IMG/VR virus record: IMGVR_UViG_2814123274_000001
Length of the DNA stretch: 64,000 bases
Reading direction: 5' to 3' (one strand)
DNA from: an uncultured virus (IMG/VR IMGVR_UViG_2814123274_000001)
Lineage: Duplodnaviria > Heunggongvirae > Uroviricota > Caudoviricetes
The notes beneath the pieces were generated by a model, which saw only the letters and a list, made by a program, of their open reading frames with translations, was not told where the DNA came from and searched no databases. Below, piece by piece: positions 46,136 to 54,642 of this stretch. A program made the position numbers and the translations under genes. Position 1 is the stretch's first letter, and each line of letters starts with the position of its first letter.

Positions 46136-46666
46136 TTACCGAACTGTTCCTGTGCTCTGATGGAAATAACGGCACTTCAGCTCTACCGGCTCGATCCAGG
46201 AAATATCCCGAAGCCGAATGCTTTTGATAGACTTGTCACCCCTTGAGGGCAAGTTGACACTGACTTCATCCACAGCAGCCTGGGCCGCCAAATACTCTTC
46301 TTTGTACTGGCACACATCCCTATGGCTGCATTTAGTGCAGCAGGTTTCTTTTACTCCGAACATACGAACCATCTCCTTATAATTTTCATCCAGCGTTGCG
46401 GTTTCAACATTCAGTTGGTTTAGCACTATTTGGAGCTCGTCAACCAGATAGGTTTTGTCACGGTCTTCGCGCTGGCCGACGAGGCCTCGAATCCAATCAG
46501 CGACAGTAATGGGAGGCGGGATCTGCAAACCGAGGTCGCGAGCCATACGGTCGATATACCCCACCATCTGGCAGGTCGGTGCCACAATGACAGCACCGGT
46601 TCTTGCGGATTGCTGAATCAGAAATACAGTTTTACCCGTCTGTCTCCCCGCGATATAGATCGTCAT
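46136..46666 (-). CDS. P-loop-like protein with a Cys-rich C-terminal part
   Basis: GRQTGKT and YLVDE motifs; C-terminal CCTKCSHRDVC. Confidence 0.6.
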   Translation of the reverse strand: MTIYIAGRQTGKTVFLIQQSARTGAVIVAPTCQMVGYIDRMARDLGLQIPPPITVADWIRGLVGQREDRDKTYLVDELQIVLNQLNVETATLDENYKEMVRMFGVKETCCTKCSHRDVCQYKEEYLAAQAAVDEVSVNLPSRGDKSIKSIRLRDISWIEPVELKCRYFHQSTGTVR

Positions 46667-47205
46667 GATGGTTTTTCCTCCTTTTGAGCTTGGCGACGTG
46701 CCTGTTTAAGTGCCAGCTCCATAGCGTCGCCGCCTATGTCATCATTTTTATGCGGCTTTTTCTTCTTTGCCTCGCACTTAGCCAAAGCGATATCGTAATC
46801 ATAACCGATCCCAGCTTGATACTTTTTCGCAATGGCGCGAAGTTTTTCAGCGTGATATTCATAAGTGGCACGATGGAACCCTTCCAACCCCCACTCATCA
46901 CAGGCCAATTCCAGTAGTCTGGCATAATCCATCAGAGCATTGACGATTTTATAAATATCGCCATAGCAGGTTTTGATTTCGCGTTCACCATCTGCATCAT
47001 GAAGGTGAAGGGTTACCTTTTCCAGTTCTATGGGCCTGGAAATAATCGGCTCAAATCGTTCCCGTGGACTGAGTTTTCTCTGAGTGGTTTCAGAATTTGG
47101 TGCTTGAAGTTGAGGGACTTTTTGCACAGGAGAAGAGGGGTAGGGAGGCTTCCATGACTTAGGCGATGATTTCCCAAATAATTTCTTGGTAAACTTCTCC
47201 TTCAT
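46663..47205 (-). CDS. Hypothetical protein
   Basis: AAGGAG RBS; co-directional ORF. Confidence 0.6.
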   Translation of the reverse strand: MKEKFTKKLFGKSSPKSWKPPYPSSPVQKVPQLQAPNSETTQRKLSPRERFEPIISRPIELEKVTLHLHDADGEREIKTCYGDIYKIVNALMDYARLLELACDEWGLEGFHRATYEYHAEKLRAIAKKYQAGIGYDYDIALAKCEAKKKKPHKNDDIGGDAMELALKQARRQAQKEEKPS

Positions 47206-47242
47206 AGCTCGGTCTTTCTCCTTTTTCAAATATCAATGTAAA

Positions 47243-47524
47243 CTACTCCTCAGCAGATTCAATAATGGTCACGGTGCCCTCAAACACCCCAAACTCGGAC
47301 GACTGCTGGAATGTGTGCGTTTCCGGCTCCTCTCCATCCTGCATTGGCCGGGTGAGATACCACAAAGAATCGTCCTTCCAGGTAATCATCTCCAGTTTTT
47401 GGCCGGGTTCCAGTTCCAAAGTCATGTCGCCGCCGAGAGAGCGAGCAACACCTTGGTCACACCCAGTCAGTAGACCCAACGACAAAACGGCGCACAAGAG
47501 CACGCCGGCATAAATACGTTTCAT
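47243..47524 (-). CDS. Putative lipoprotein
   Basis: Signal peptide with lipobox LTGC. Confidence 0.7.
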   Translation of the reverse strand: MKRIYAGVLLCAVLSLGLLTGCDQGVARSLGGDMTLELEPGQKLEMITWKDDSLWYLTRPMQDGEEPETHTFQQSSEFGVFEGTVTIIESAEE

Positions 47525-47548
47525 GTTTTTTCTCCTCTTCCGCAAATA

Positions 47549-47944
47549 TCAAGGGCCAATTTCAGCGATGGACTCCACGAAGCAGTTGTAATAGGTATAG
47601 CGCTTTCCTTCATAGTCAAAGAGCACATAGCCGCCGTCATTACCCTCAATATCAATCTTCCCGGTGTATTGCGCGATGATTTCCCCATCGGCCGTATAGA
47701 TCGTCACCGTCCGTTCGAGTCCATTGTCTAAATCGCTTTTCTGATCCGTCAGGGCTCGCTGGCCAGATGCGGTGTTCTGGAAGTACCAGCGCATACCGAA
47801 GAACAATCCCAAAATCAGCAGAATGGCAACCACCACACTGATAATCTTTCCGGGGACGTTCTCAATCAGACATGCGCCCGCGATGCCGGCACATAAAATG
47901 AATGCCGCGAATAATACAAAGGCAATCCAACCACCAATAGTCAT
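47549..47944 (-). CDS. Two-TM membrane protein
   Basis: Two N-terminal hydrophobic helices. Confidence 0.7.
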   Translation of the reverse strand: MTIGGWIAFVLFAAFILCAGIAGACLIENVPGKIISVVVAILLILGLFFGMRWYFQNTASGQRALTDQKSDLDNGLERTVTIYTADGEIIAQYTGKIDIEGNDGGYVLFDYEGKRYTYYNCFVESIAEIGP

Positions 47945-48123
47945 GCTTTTTTCTCCTCTCCAACAAGTTTCCGATACAGTTCTTCGGCCTCTTTGCCTTG
48001 AAACTGGTTGATGATGCGAACATTATCGCCAGGTGCTTTCCGCCCGACGATCAATATCGCGGGGTCGCCGTGGCTGTGGTCAAAGCCGACCAAAACCGTG
48101 TCAAAATCTTTCACAGTACCCAC
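47941..48123 (-). CDS. Hypothetical protein
   Basis: Co-directional 60-aa ORF overlapping the next start. Confidence 0.55.
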   Translation of the reverse strand: MGTVKDFDTVLVGFDHSHGDPAILIVGRKAPGDNVRIINQFQGKEAEELYRKLVGEEKKA

Positions 48124-48226
48124 CTCACAAAGTCAAAGAGTAATTTCGCAAGGAATAGAAGACCAATGATAGCCAGGACCAAAACAGCATTGAATAGAAA
48201 ACGCAAAATATCATCCCAGCCATGCT

Positions 48227-49261
48227 TCATTTTTTCTTCACCCGCTTGGCCTTTCTCTCCTCGTACTCGGCCTTCTCGATGGGGACCATCTTACCGTCCT
48301 CTTCTTTGAAGTAACGGTTCAGCTCGATCCGCTTATCGTCGGGTGTGAGAATATAAAGGTAAGCGAAGGTATCATAGTCGCCGTTCTTTGGGTCAACCAG
48401 GAAGTCCTCGGAGAAGACGCGATACTTCTTGGTAGAGGGCAGATAGGGCATGGTAATAGGGAAGATCGTGTCGATAAGACGAGTCATCATCCCATTACTA
48501 AACGCCGCACTAGGATAGTTGACGTTGATACCGCAAACCCGGTTTATATCGGAATAAGTAGCCGTCCCGTCCGGAGCGATTTCTTTGAACAGGGAGAACA
48601 TACGTTTACACTGGTACTTCTGATACCCTTCTTTCCAGCTACACTCGCCGGTGATATCGCTCCAAATATCCGGAGTGTCTTCGATGGGGGTCAGACACTT
48701 ACCATCGACCAGGCGGTTTAGAATGCTCTTGGTGATCTGGATACTGAATCCGGAGTGGCCATCTCGGGCCAGCGTTTGATAAGCCCGAAGGGCGCTCTCA
48801 TAGCAGAGCACGCCATAGGCCCAGTCGTCCGTGCCTTTCGAAGCCTCCCGCTCACTCTGACAGGCAAGGGCAACCTCCCGAGCAGCCCAGGAATCTTCTT
48901 CCTCGGCCATGTAGACCGCCCGGTCATCCCAATACTCATTGGCAAATATCTTTCTGGTATCGCCCCCAAAGGCCTTGATGATCTCCGGCAGATTCTCATT
49001 GACCGCATCCAAGTGGATGCCCTGCTCCTTACAGAAGTTCACAGCATCGTCCAGAGGCTTATCCCGCCGGTTGGTCCAAAGAATGACCTTGGCGCCATTA
49101 GCCTGCTCTTGCTTGAGCCTGGAGATGGTCTTGTTGATCGGTTCGCCGACCTCCGGAAATTTGTTCGTGGCCAGGCAGCCGTCGAAATCCACCGCGATGA
49201 TCTTCGGCCGGGACTCTTTGTTTTCCGTAGTCTCAACTGCTTTTACATTCATCTCGTCCAT
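48227..49261 (-). CDS. HAD-like domain fused to an unknown domain
   Basis: IIAVDFDG, ILWT.R, KIFA.EYWDDR motifs; unrelated C-terminal half (GHSGFS, YQCKRMFSLFK). Confidence 0.7.
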   Translation of the reverse strand: MDEMNVKAVETTENKESRPKIIAVDFDGCLATNKFPEVGEPINKTISRLKQEQANGAKVILWTNRRDKPLDDAVNFCKEQGIHLDAVNENLPEIIKAFGGDTRKIFANEYWDDRAVYMAEEEDSWAAREVALACQSEREASKGTDDWAYGVLCYESALRAYQTLARDGHSGFSIQITKSILNRLVDGKCLTPIEDTPDIWSDITGECSWKEGYQKYQCKRMFSLFKEIAPDGTATYSDINRVCGINVNYPSAAFSNGMMTRLIDTIFPITMPYLPSTKKYRVFSEDFLVDPKNGDYDTFAYLYILTPDDKRIELNRYFKEEDGKMVPIEKAEYEERKAKRVKKK

Positions 49262-49294
49262 GTGTGTTTCTCCTTTTCAAAATATCAAGATGTT

Positions 49295-49573
49295 TTACAG
49301 TCCACGAAGTTTGTTAATGGCTCTTTGTGCTGCTCCATTTCCGTTATCCCGATCGTAGAGCCATTCTTCAAAGCTGTCGTCATTGCTCAGATCCACCTTC
49401 ATGACTCGACCTTTGAGGTAATCGAAGTGAGTGCTCGTTTTCAAAAGATCCTCAGCCTCCTCCTCAGTCATCGGAGCAGGATCGAAATGCAGAAACCCCA
49501 ACCCTTGCGGCTTAGAATCGTTATAAAGTGCTGCCAGAACAGCGGACTTTTTTAGACCTTTTGTATCAACCAT
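49295..49573 (-). CDS. Hypothetical phage protein
   Basis: VLAALYN.SKPQGLG...FDYLKGRVMKVDL...LYDRDNG. Confidence 0.65.
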   Translation of the reverse strand: MVDTKGLKKSAVLAALYNDSKPQGLGFLHFDPAPMTEEEAEDLLKTSTHFDYLKGRVMKVDLSNDDSFEEWLYDRDNGNGAAQRAINKLRGL

Positions 49574-49598
49574 AGCGTTTTTTCTCTTTTTCAAAATA

Positions 49599-49814
49599 TC
49601 AATCAGTAATGGTGAGTTCGCTAAGCGAAACTGTTGTCAGTGTGCCGTCCGGTCGCTTGATAACCGCCTTGTTTGCGAAGAGTCCAACGCCGAGCTGTAA
49701 AATATCAACCTCTTCACGTCGCACTCGCTTACACTCGGCACAGCTTTCAGGGGTTATCCAATCCATGTCGATGCAAGGGGTGCAACTTATCGGTCTGTTA
49801 TAAATCCCTTTCAT
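49599..49814 (-). CDS. Hypothetical protein
   Basis: AAAGGAG RBS before ATG 49814; two CxxC. Confidence 0.55.
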   Translation of the reverse strand: MKGIYNRPISCTPCIDMDWITPESCAECKRVRREEVDILQLGVGLFANKAVIKRPDGTLTTVSLSELTITD

Positions 49815-49837
49815 ACTGCTCCTTTCCAGAAAATATA

Positions 49838-49882
49838 AATGCCCCGAACTGCTGTTACACAATTCGAGGCATTCTTTTTTTT
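49838..49882. terminator. Hairpin terminator after rtcB, possibly bidirectional
   Basis: AATGCC.CGAA/TTCG.GGCATT stem with T-rich flanks on both strands. Confidence 0.6.
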
Positions 49883-49891
49883 GTATTTGAT

Positions 49892-51094
49892 TTAATCCGA
49901 GGCTTTGAAGTTGTAAACGGGGCGTATGCGCTCCACGATGATTGCGGTGGGACCGATTTGGGAGACGATCTCATCTATGCTCTTGTAGGCCATCGGTGAT
50001 TCATCCAGGGTGTCGGGCACTACGCAAGTTGTGTAGATGCCCTTCATCTCATTTTGGAACTCCTCCATAGAGAGGGTATTGAGCGCCGCACGACGGCTCA
50101 TAAGGCGTCCGGCTCCATGTGGGGCAGAGCAGTTCCAGTCTTCATTTCCAGTGCCAATGCAGATCAAGCTACCGTCCCGCATGTTGATAGGGATGAGCAA
50201 CTTTTCTCCCTTCTTGGCAGAAACAGAGCCCTTCCGAAGAATCATGGCATCCGTATCAATGTAGTTATGGATAGTGGTGAAAATATCCACGGCAGTGAGA
50301 CCCATACCATTCAGGATAACGTCCACCATGGCTTTTCGATTGAGTACGGCGAACTGCTGTGTCAACTTCATATCGTGGATGTAGTCGTCAAACAGCTTGC
50401 CCTCCACATAGGCGAGGTCTTTGGGAATATCCAGCTCATGTTCCTTCTTCAGCGCCGTAATGATCTTCTGGATCTCCTGGAGCCGTCCTTCAACTTTGAG
50501 CTTTGCGATGGCCTCCTGGATCTGATGCTTGGCTCCGCCCCAGAGTGCGCGGCGTCCCTCATTCTGATAGTAGTCGGCCACTTCCGTTCCGAGGTGCCGG
50601 CTCCCGGAGTGAACGACCAGAAACAGCCGTCCGTCCCCGGCTTGGTCTATCTCAATAAAGTGGTTGCCGCCGCCCAAAGAACCGATGCTGCGAACCGCTC
50701 GGTCAAGGTTGACCTGGTCAGCACACCGAAGCTGGGTCAAGTCAATTTTGGAGTTGAGGGAGTGGGGGATATCGCGGATTTCCCAGCCATAGGGAATCTT
50801 CTCCCGAATCAGCGCATCCAGCTTAGCGAAGTCAATCTCACGCTCGGCCAGCTCCACCGTCTCCATTCCGCAGCCAATATCCACGCCCACCATACCGGGG
50901 ACGATTTTGTCCTGGATGGTCATGGTGGTGCCGATGGTACAGCCCTTTCCGGCGTGAACATCAGGCATGATGCGGATTTTACAGCCTGCAAACTCAGGCC
51001 GGTCGCAAACAGCTTGAATCTGTTCCCGAGCCGCTCCTTCCAGCTCATTGGTGTAGCAAATAGCAGTGTTGTATTGCCCTTGAATAGTTATCAC
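49892..51094 (-). CDS. rtcB: RtcB-family RNA ligase
   Basis: MPDVHAGKG, VGVDIGCGM, GSLGGGNHFIE, HSGSR, HNY, SAPHGAGR, DESPMAYK. Confidence 0.95.
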   Translation of the reverse strand: MITIQGQYNTAICYTNELEGAAREQIQAVCDRPEFAGCKIRIMPDVHAGKGCTIGTTMTIQDKIVPGMVGVDIGCGMETVELAEREIDFAKLDALIREKIPYGWEIRDIPHSLNSKIDLTQLRCADQVNLDRAVRSIGSLGGGNHFIEIDQAGDGRLFLVVHSGSRHLGTEVADYYQNEGRRALWGGAKHQIQEAIAKLKVEGRLQEIQKIITALKKEHELDIPKDLAYVEGKLFDDYIHDMKLTQQFAVLNRKAMVDVILNGMGLTAVDIFTTIHNYIDTDAMILRKGSVSAKKGEKLLIPINMRDGSLICIGTGNEDWNCSAPHGAGRLMSRRAALNTLSMEEFQNEMKGIYTTCVVPDTLDESPMAYKSIDEIVSQIGPTAIIVERIRPVYNFKASD

Positions 51095-51118
51095 AGTTTT
51101 TCTCCTTTCCTGCGAGAT

Positions 51119-51349
51119 TTAGAAGTCCAAATCAGTCACATCGCCCCAAATATCCGTCAGCGATCTTCCGTCAAAGAGTTCGTCATTCAAAACCTCATCG
51201 ACAGAGCTGACAGAAAAGGCATCGTCTCCGCACCATACCTCAAATAGATTTTTCGCCAGAGGATCAATGCCGCAGGAGAAACCGTTATAGATGAAAGTGA
51301 CATGACCGACCAAATTGGTAAGATGGTCTTTAAGTTCCTGAATCGTCAT
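51119..51349 (-). CDS. Small acidic protein, possible orphan immunity protein
   Basis: 76 aa, very acidic; second small gene after the toxin-like ORF. Confidence 0.55.
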   Translation of the reverse strand: MTIQELKDHLTNLVGHVTFIYNGFSCGIDPLAKNLFEVWCGDDAFSVSSVDEVLNDELFDGRSLTDIWGDVTDLDF

Positions 51350-51355
51350 AAAATA

Positions 51356-51514
51356 TCAATCCTCCACAATTTCAAAGTTCTCCGGAGGATACAGATAGTC
51401 TTCGCCGCTGTCATCGACCAGCCTATACCAGCCCTTTTCCACGCTAAGAACGGTATAGACCTTATCGTGCGTAAGCACCAAGAACTCAGTTTTGCCTTTC
51501 CAGCGTACTTTCAT
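51356..51514 (-). CDS. Small protein, putative cognate immunity protein (52 aa, absent from the ORF track)
   Basis: MKVRWKGKTEFLVLTHDKVYTVLSVEKGWYRLVDDSGEDYLYPPENFEIVED; GGAGG RBS; starts 3 nt after the upstream stop. Confidence 0.7.
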   Translation of the reverse strand: MKVRWKGKTEFLVLTHDKVYTVLSVEKGWYRLVDDSGEDYLYPPENFEIVED

Positions 51515-51517
51515 GTC

Positions 51518-52447
51518 TCAGTCCTCCCATTTCTTAATTTTGAATTTGTGCTTACCGACCGAAGGCTCTTGGAACCAATGAACTTCTGCATCGATTTCCT
51601 CACCATGATAGTCAATAGTTCCTATGCCTTTACAATGTTGCCATTCATCAGGTTCTCCACCGATTTGCTCGGATAAGCCTTCTGCGACTTCGGCATTTAG
51701 CGGTTTGCTGGCACCTTTTCCAGCAAAGACTTGTGCGTCTCGGATGCGAGTTCCTTCTGAAAAGTGAAAATATTCTCCGGATTCAGGGTCTAACACATCA
51801 TAATTTTTGCTTTTGGCTCCGACGCTTTTTCCAATCTCTATGTCCGCTATTGTATCAGATTTTTCGCTTTTATCAAGCGGATACGGCGGCCCATTGCGAA
51901 CACCCCATTTCTGACCTTTAATGCCGTGATGAGCCAGGACATTGAAACCCAGCCGGCCCCGGAGTTCCCAAAGAATATCCTCCACGATCTGCCGGGTTTT
52001 GGGGTGAAGTTTGATGTAGGCCTGGTGGTCATCATACCAGGAGAAGATCTCGCTCAAGTTACCTTTCTCCCAGCTGAAGGCCCACCAGTCGCAGATCATC
52101 TCAATAATATAATTGTAGGGCATCTCCAATAGGACTTCGCCTTCACCGGGGTCGTCATTGATCAGAACCCAATGTTGCCAGTGGTGCGGGTTGCGGTGGA
52201 TATGTAGAAGCCAAGCCCGATTAAACGCCTCCACAATGGCGTGAGAGCGGTTGCCGCCGTAGAAGTAAGCGTCATAGGCCTCATACTCGTCGGGGTTTGA
52301 CTTGGAGGCGTCGTGTTCAAATTCGGTTTGCCAAGCGGCACTCGGTCGGCCTTCAAACAGCCAAGGCATATTGGTCTTAAGCCAATCAAAGCCCTTTTGG
52401 ACATTCGCCTTGTGTCTTTGCAAATATAAATCGTATTGTTGACTCAT
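51518..52447 (-). CDS. HD-like (DUF5662-like) domain + internal HHGIKGQKWGVR motif + putative C-terminal toxin domain
   Basis: N-terminal RHK..V, EHD.SK, H.HRNPHHWQHW, EMICDW; linker VLAHHGIKGQKWGVRNGPPYPL; C-terminal WQHCKG...AEVHWFQE...KHKFKIK. Confidence 0.7.
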   Translation of the reverse strand: MSQQYDLYLQRHKANVQKGFDWLKTNMPWLFEGRPSAAWQTEFEHDASKSNPDEYEAYDAYFYGGNRSHAIVEAFNRAWLLHIHRNPHHWQHWVLINDDPGEGEVLLEMPYNYIIEMICDWWAFSWEKGNLSEIFSWYDDHQAYIKLHPKTRQIVEDILWELRGRLGFNVLAHHGIKGQKWGVRNGPPYPLDKSEKSDTIADIEIGKSVGAKSKNYDVLDPESGEYFHFSEGTRIRDAQVFAGKGASKPLNAEVAEGLSEQIGGEPDEWQHCKGIGTIDYHGEEIDAEVHWFQEPSVGKHKFKIKKWED

Positions 52448-52456
52448 CGGGACACC

Positions 52457-52657
52457 TCAATTCTTAATACCAAGTTTCATCTTGGCCTGTTTGAGCGTGA
52501 GTCCGACAAAGCTCTCCGGTTGGACATTGATAGGAATTTTGGAACGGGAAGCGACCCCTCCATACTCCAGAACGCCTTGTGTCCCGTCGTCATAGAGAAG
52601 CCGCAACTGGTCACCTAAAATATCTTGCCGTACCATCTTGATTCTTTTTTGAGCCAT
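52457..52657 (-). CDS. Hypothetical protein
   Basis: AGGAGG RBS. Confidence 0.6.
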   Translation of the reverse strand: MAQKRIKMVRQDILGDQLRLLYDDGTQGVLEYGGVASRSKIPINVQPESFVGLTLKQAKMKLGIKN

Positions 52658-52671
52658 GTTGCCCTCCTATA

Positions 52672-52863
52672 TTATATGGTAGAAGCCAGTTCCCAATTCT
52701 GGGCAAATGCCTTGGTAGAAGAGTAAGGGCAGGATTTTACAGAAAAGAGGTTGACTTTCCACTCTACCCACAGGAATTTCCCCTTGATGAAGATGCGGGT
52801 TTCATAAACCTCATTCGTTTTCAGCCCCATGGAGCCGTCTTTACCTATAAATCGCAGTCGCAC
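52672..52863 (-). CDS. Hypothetical protein
   Basis: LRFIGKDGSMGL...CPYSS..AF..NW. Confidence 0.6.
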   Translation of the reverse strand: MRLRFIGKDGSMGLKTNEVYETRIFIKGKFLWVEWKVNLFSVKSCPYSSTKAFAQNWELASTI

Positions 52864-52875
52864 CTCTTCGTCACC

Positions 52876-53040
52876 TCAATCGCTCTTATCTTCATAATTG
52901 ATAGGTTTATGAGAATTCAGATTGACCGGATGCTCCAGGCACTCGTCGCAAGGCGGTTCGTTCTCCTCCAGTTTTTCATGCTTGCAGGATTTACAATACC
53001 TGCCGAAATAGACGAGCAGGTCATTATCTCTAATAGGCAT
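52876..53040 (-). CDS. Small CxxC..CxxC protein (54 aa, absent from the ORF track)
   Basis: MPIRDNDLLVYFGRYCKSCKHEKLEENEPPCDECLEHPVN...; AAGGAG RBS. Confidence 0.6.
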   Translation of the reverse strand: MPIRDNDLLVYFGRYCKSCKHEKLEENEPPCDECLEHPVNLNSHKPINYEDKSD

Positions 53041-53051
53041 GGCGGCGCTCC

Positions 53052-53396
53052 TTAAATATCATTGACAGCCCGGTTCTGGCTTTGCTCCGTGTCGAAGCCA
53101 TCCGGATATCGTGACTTAAGCTTGTCAATATTCATCTGGAAAATAGTTTCCAGGTCATACCCAATGGCATCGGCACTGACGGCTAGATACCAGGCGATGT
53201 CGCCGAGCTCCTTAGCCATGTGTTCACGGTCAAACTCATGTCCCTGGAAGAGCACCTTCTTCAAAATATCAATGGCTTCGCCGGCCTCGCCATTGAGGCC
53301 CATCAGCCCATCCAAAATCCGAATGTAGGGGGCAGGGTCGGCAGTAACGTGCGACTCGGTACGTAGGGCTTGGGACTGGTATTCATTGATTGTCAT
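53052..53396 (-). CDS. MazG-like nucleotide pyrophosphohydrolase
   Basis: MTINEYQ..ALRT...GLNGEAGEAIDILKK...KELGDIAWYLA...N..KL.SRYP; own AAGGAG RBS, but in frame with upstream sequence to ~53666 (possible fusion). Confidence 0.85.
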   Translation of the reverse strand: MTINEYQSQALRTESHVTADPAPYIRILDGLMGLNGEAGEAIDILKKVLFQGHEFDREHMAKELGDIAWYLAVSADAIGYDLETIFQMNIDKLKSRYPDGFDTEQSQNRAVNDI

Positions 53397-53670
53397 TGTG
53401 GGATGCTCCTTTTCAGATGTAGTTGTTTCGGGCGTGTGCGAGGTTCTTCTTGCAAGTTCGTTGATGGGGATTTTTTGGTTAAGCGGATCGACAATCTTGG
53501 CTAAGACCTGTTTTTCGTGTTGTTCCCTCCAAACCCGCTCTCTTTTCCAGAAAGGGATTTTTCGGATTTCCGCCATCAGGTCGATGCAAACCATTGCCGA
53601 CAGCATATTCCATCGTCCGTCACAGGCCCGTTCATTGCACCAAGCCGTGAACTCCTTAAAGGTCAAAATA

Positions 53671-53859
53671 TCAATTCTCCTTCTCTGTGAAATAGATTTC
53701 ATCGCCATGCTTTACCTTTTCAAATCCATCTGGAAAGGCTCCACCATGGACAGCATGAGAAATATCAGTAGTGTGCCGGCAATCGGGATAGTGGCATCGG
53801 TCGCCGCAGCGTTTGCGATCACACAGATAGAGCACGACCTTGGGTTTGACTTTTGCCAT
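53671..53859 (-). CDS. Small Cys/His-rich protein
   Basis: YLCDRKRC..C...C.HTTDI.HA; AGGAGG RBS. Confidence 0.6.
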   Translation of the reverse strand: MAKVKPKVVLYLCDRKRCGDRCHYPDCRHTTDISHAVHGGAFPDGFEKVKHGDEIYFTEKEN

Positions 53860-53870
53860 AAAGGGCCCTC

Positions 53871-54040
53871 CTACGACTCGATGATTTTGAGGAAATCGGG
53901 TTTTGCTTTTTCCTTGATCGTCTCCCATAGGGCCTCCGAAGCCAGCTCAGGAGCTTTTCAATGTACTTATGAACCTCAGAGAAGTCGCACATCAGAATGC
54001 CGGTGTAGGTCGACAGGACCACTTTTTCATGGAGTGTCAT
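53871..54040 (-). pseudogene. Probable frameshifted small gene
   Basis: After ...YIEKLL an alternative frame reads ELASEALWETIKEKAKPDFLKIIES* and stops at the next RBS. Confidence 0.4.
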
Positions 54041-54061
54041 CTTTGCATCCCTCCTAGATAT

Positions 54062-54094
54062 AAAAGAAGAGAGCCCACGTTTCCGTAGGCTCTC
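54062..54094 (-). terminator. Rho-independent terminator
   Basis: GAGAGCC.ACG/CGT.GGCTCTC stem plus TTCTTTT. Confidence 0.7.
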
Positions 54095-54108
54095 CCTTTG
54101 GTCGAGGT

Positions 54109-54312
54109 TTAGAATTTCAGCTTTTCATTGATTTTGCGAATCTGTTTCTCGACCTTTTCCTGGATTTCGGTGTTCCCGGCCTTGATTGCCAGATCCAGGA
54201 CCTCCTGCCAGTCTTCTAACTGGTCAAGGAGCATTCCCTTGTACTGGTTGTCCGTCATGCCCATGGGATCATCACCACCATCCAGAAGGTGAGAATTGTT
54301 GCGTTCAGCCAT
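54109..54312 (-). CDS. Hypothetical protein in its own motif-gene-terminator cassette
   Basis: AAGGAGG RBS; GMTDNQYKG. Confidence 0.7.
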   Translation of the reverse strand: MAERNNSHLLDGGDDPMGMTDNQYKGMLLDQLEDWQEVLDLAIKAGNTEIQEKVEKQIRKINEKLKF

Positions 54313-54329
54313 AGCTTAACAACCTCCTT

Positions 54330-54355
54330 CCATAATAGGAGCTGCACTTTTTGCG
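54330..54355 (-). promoter_or_regulatory. Conserved motif copy 5
   Basis: CGC-AAAAAGTG-CAG-CTCC-TATTATGG directly before the RBS. Confidence 0.6.
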
Positions 54356-54411
54356 CATAGTCGATTTGGCTTATCCGAGTTCATCATACCATGTGCGCCG
54401 GAGGGTGTCAA

Positions 54412-54642
54412 TTAAGTCGCGGTGGGGTCGAGCCCAAGCTTTTTGCGGTAGTCATTGTAGGTGATTTTGCCTTGCTCATAAGCCTTCCGAAGCGTTTCCT
54501 CGTCTGGCCAAGGGAAAACTGAGACAGACATTCCACCATCTGGCGAAATATAAATGGATACTGACCGATTGCCCTTCGCCATAGCGTCATCCACGATAGT
54601 GTGAACTTCCTGCCAAGAAGTTATAAAGTTACTGTTGCCCAT
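54412..54642 (-). CDS. Hypothetical protein
   Basis: GGAGG RBS; co-directional ORF. Confidence 0.55.
   Translation of the reverse strand: MGNSNFITSWQEVHTIVDDAMAKGNRSVSIYISPDGGMSVSVFPWPDEETLRKAYEQGKITYNDYRKKLGLDPTAT

Noticed and set aside
52661..52706. TATAAT upstream of 52457..52657 as a promoter
   Set aside because: No properly spaced -35, and the site is almost on top of the RBS.
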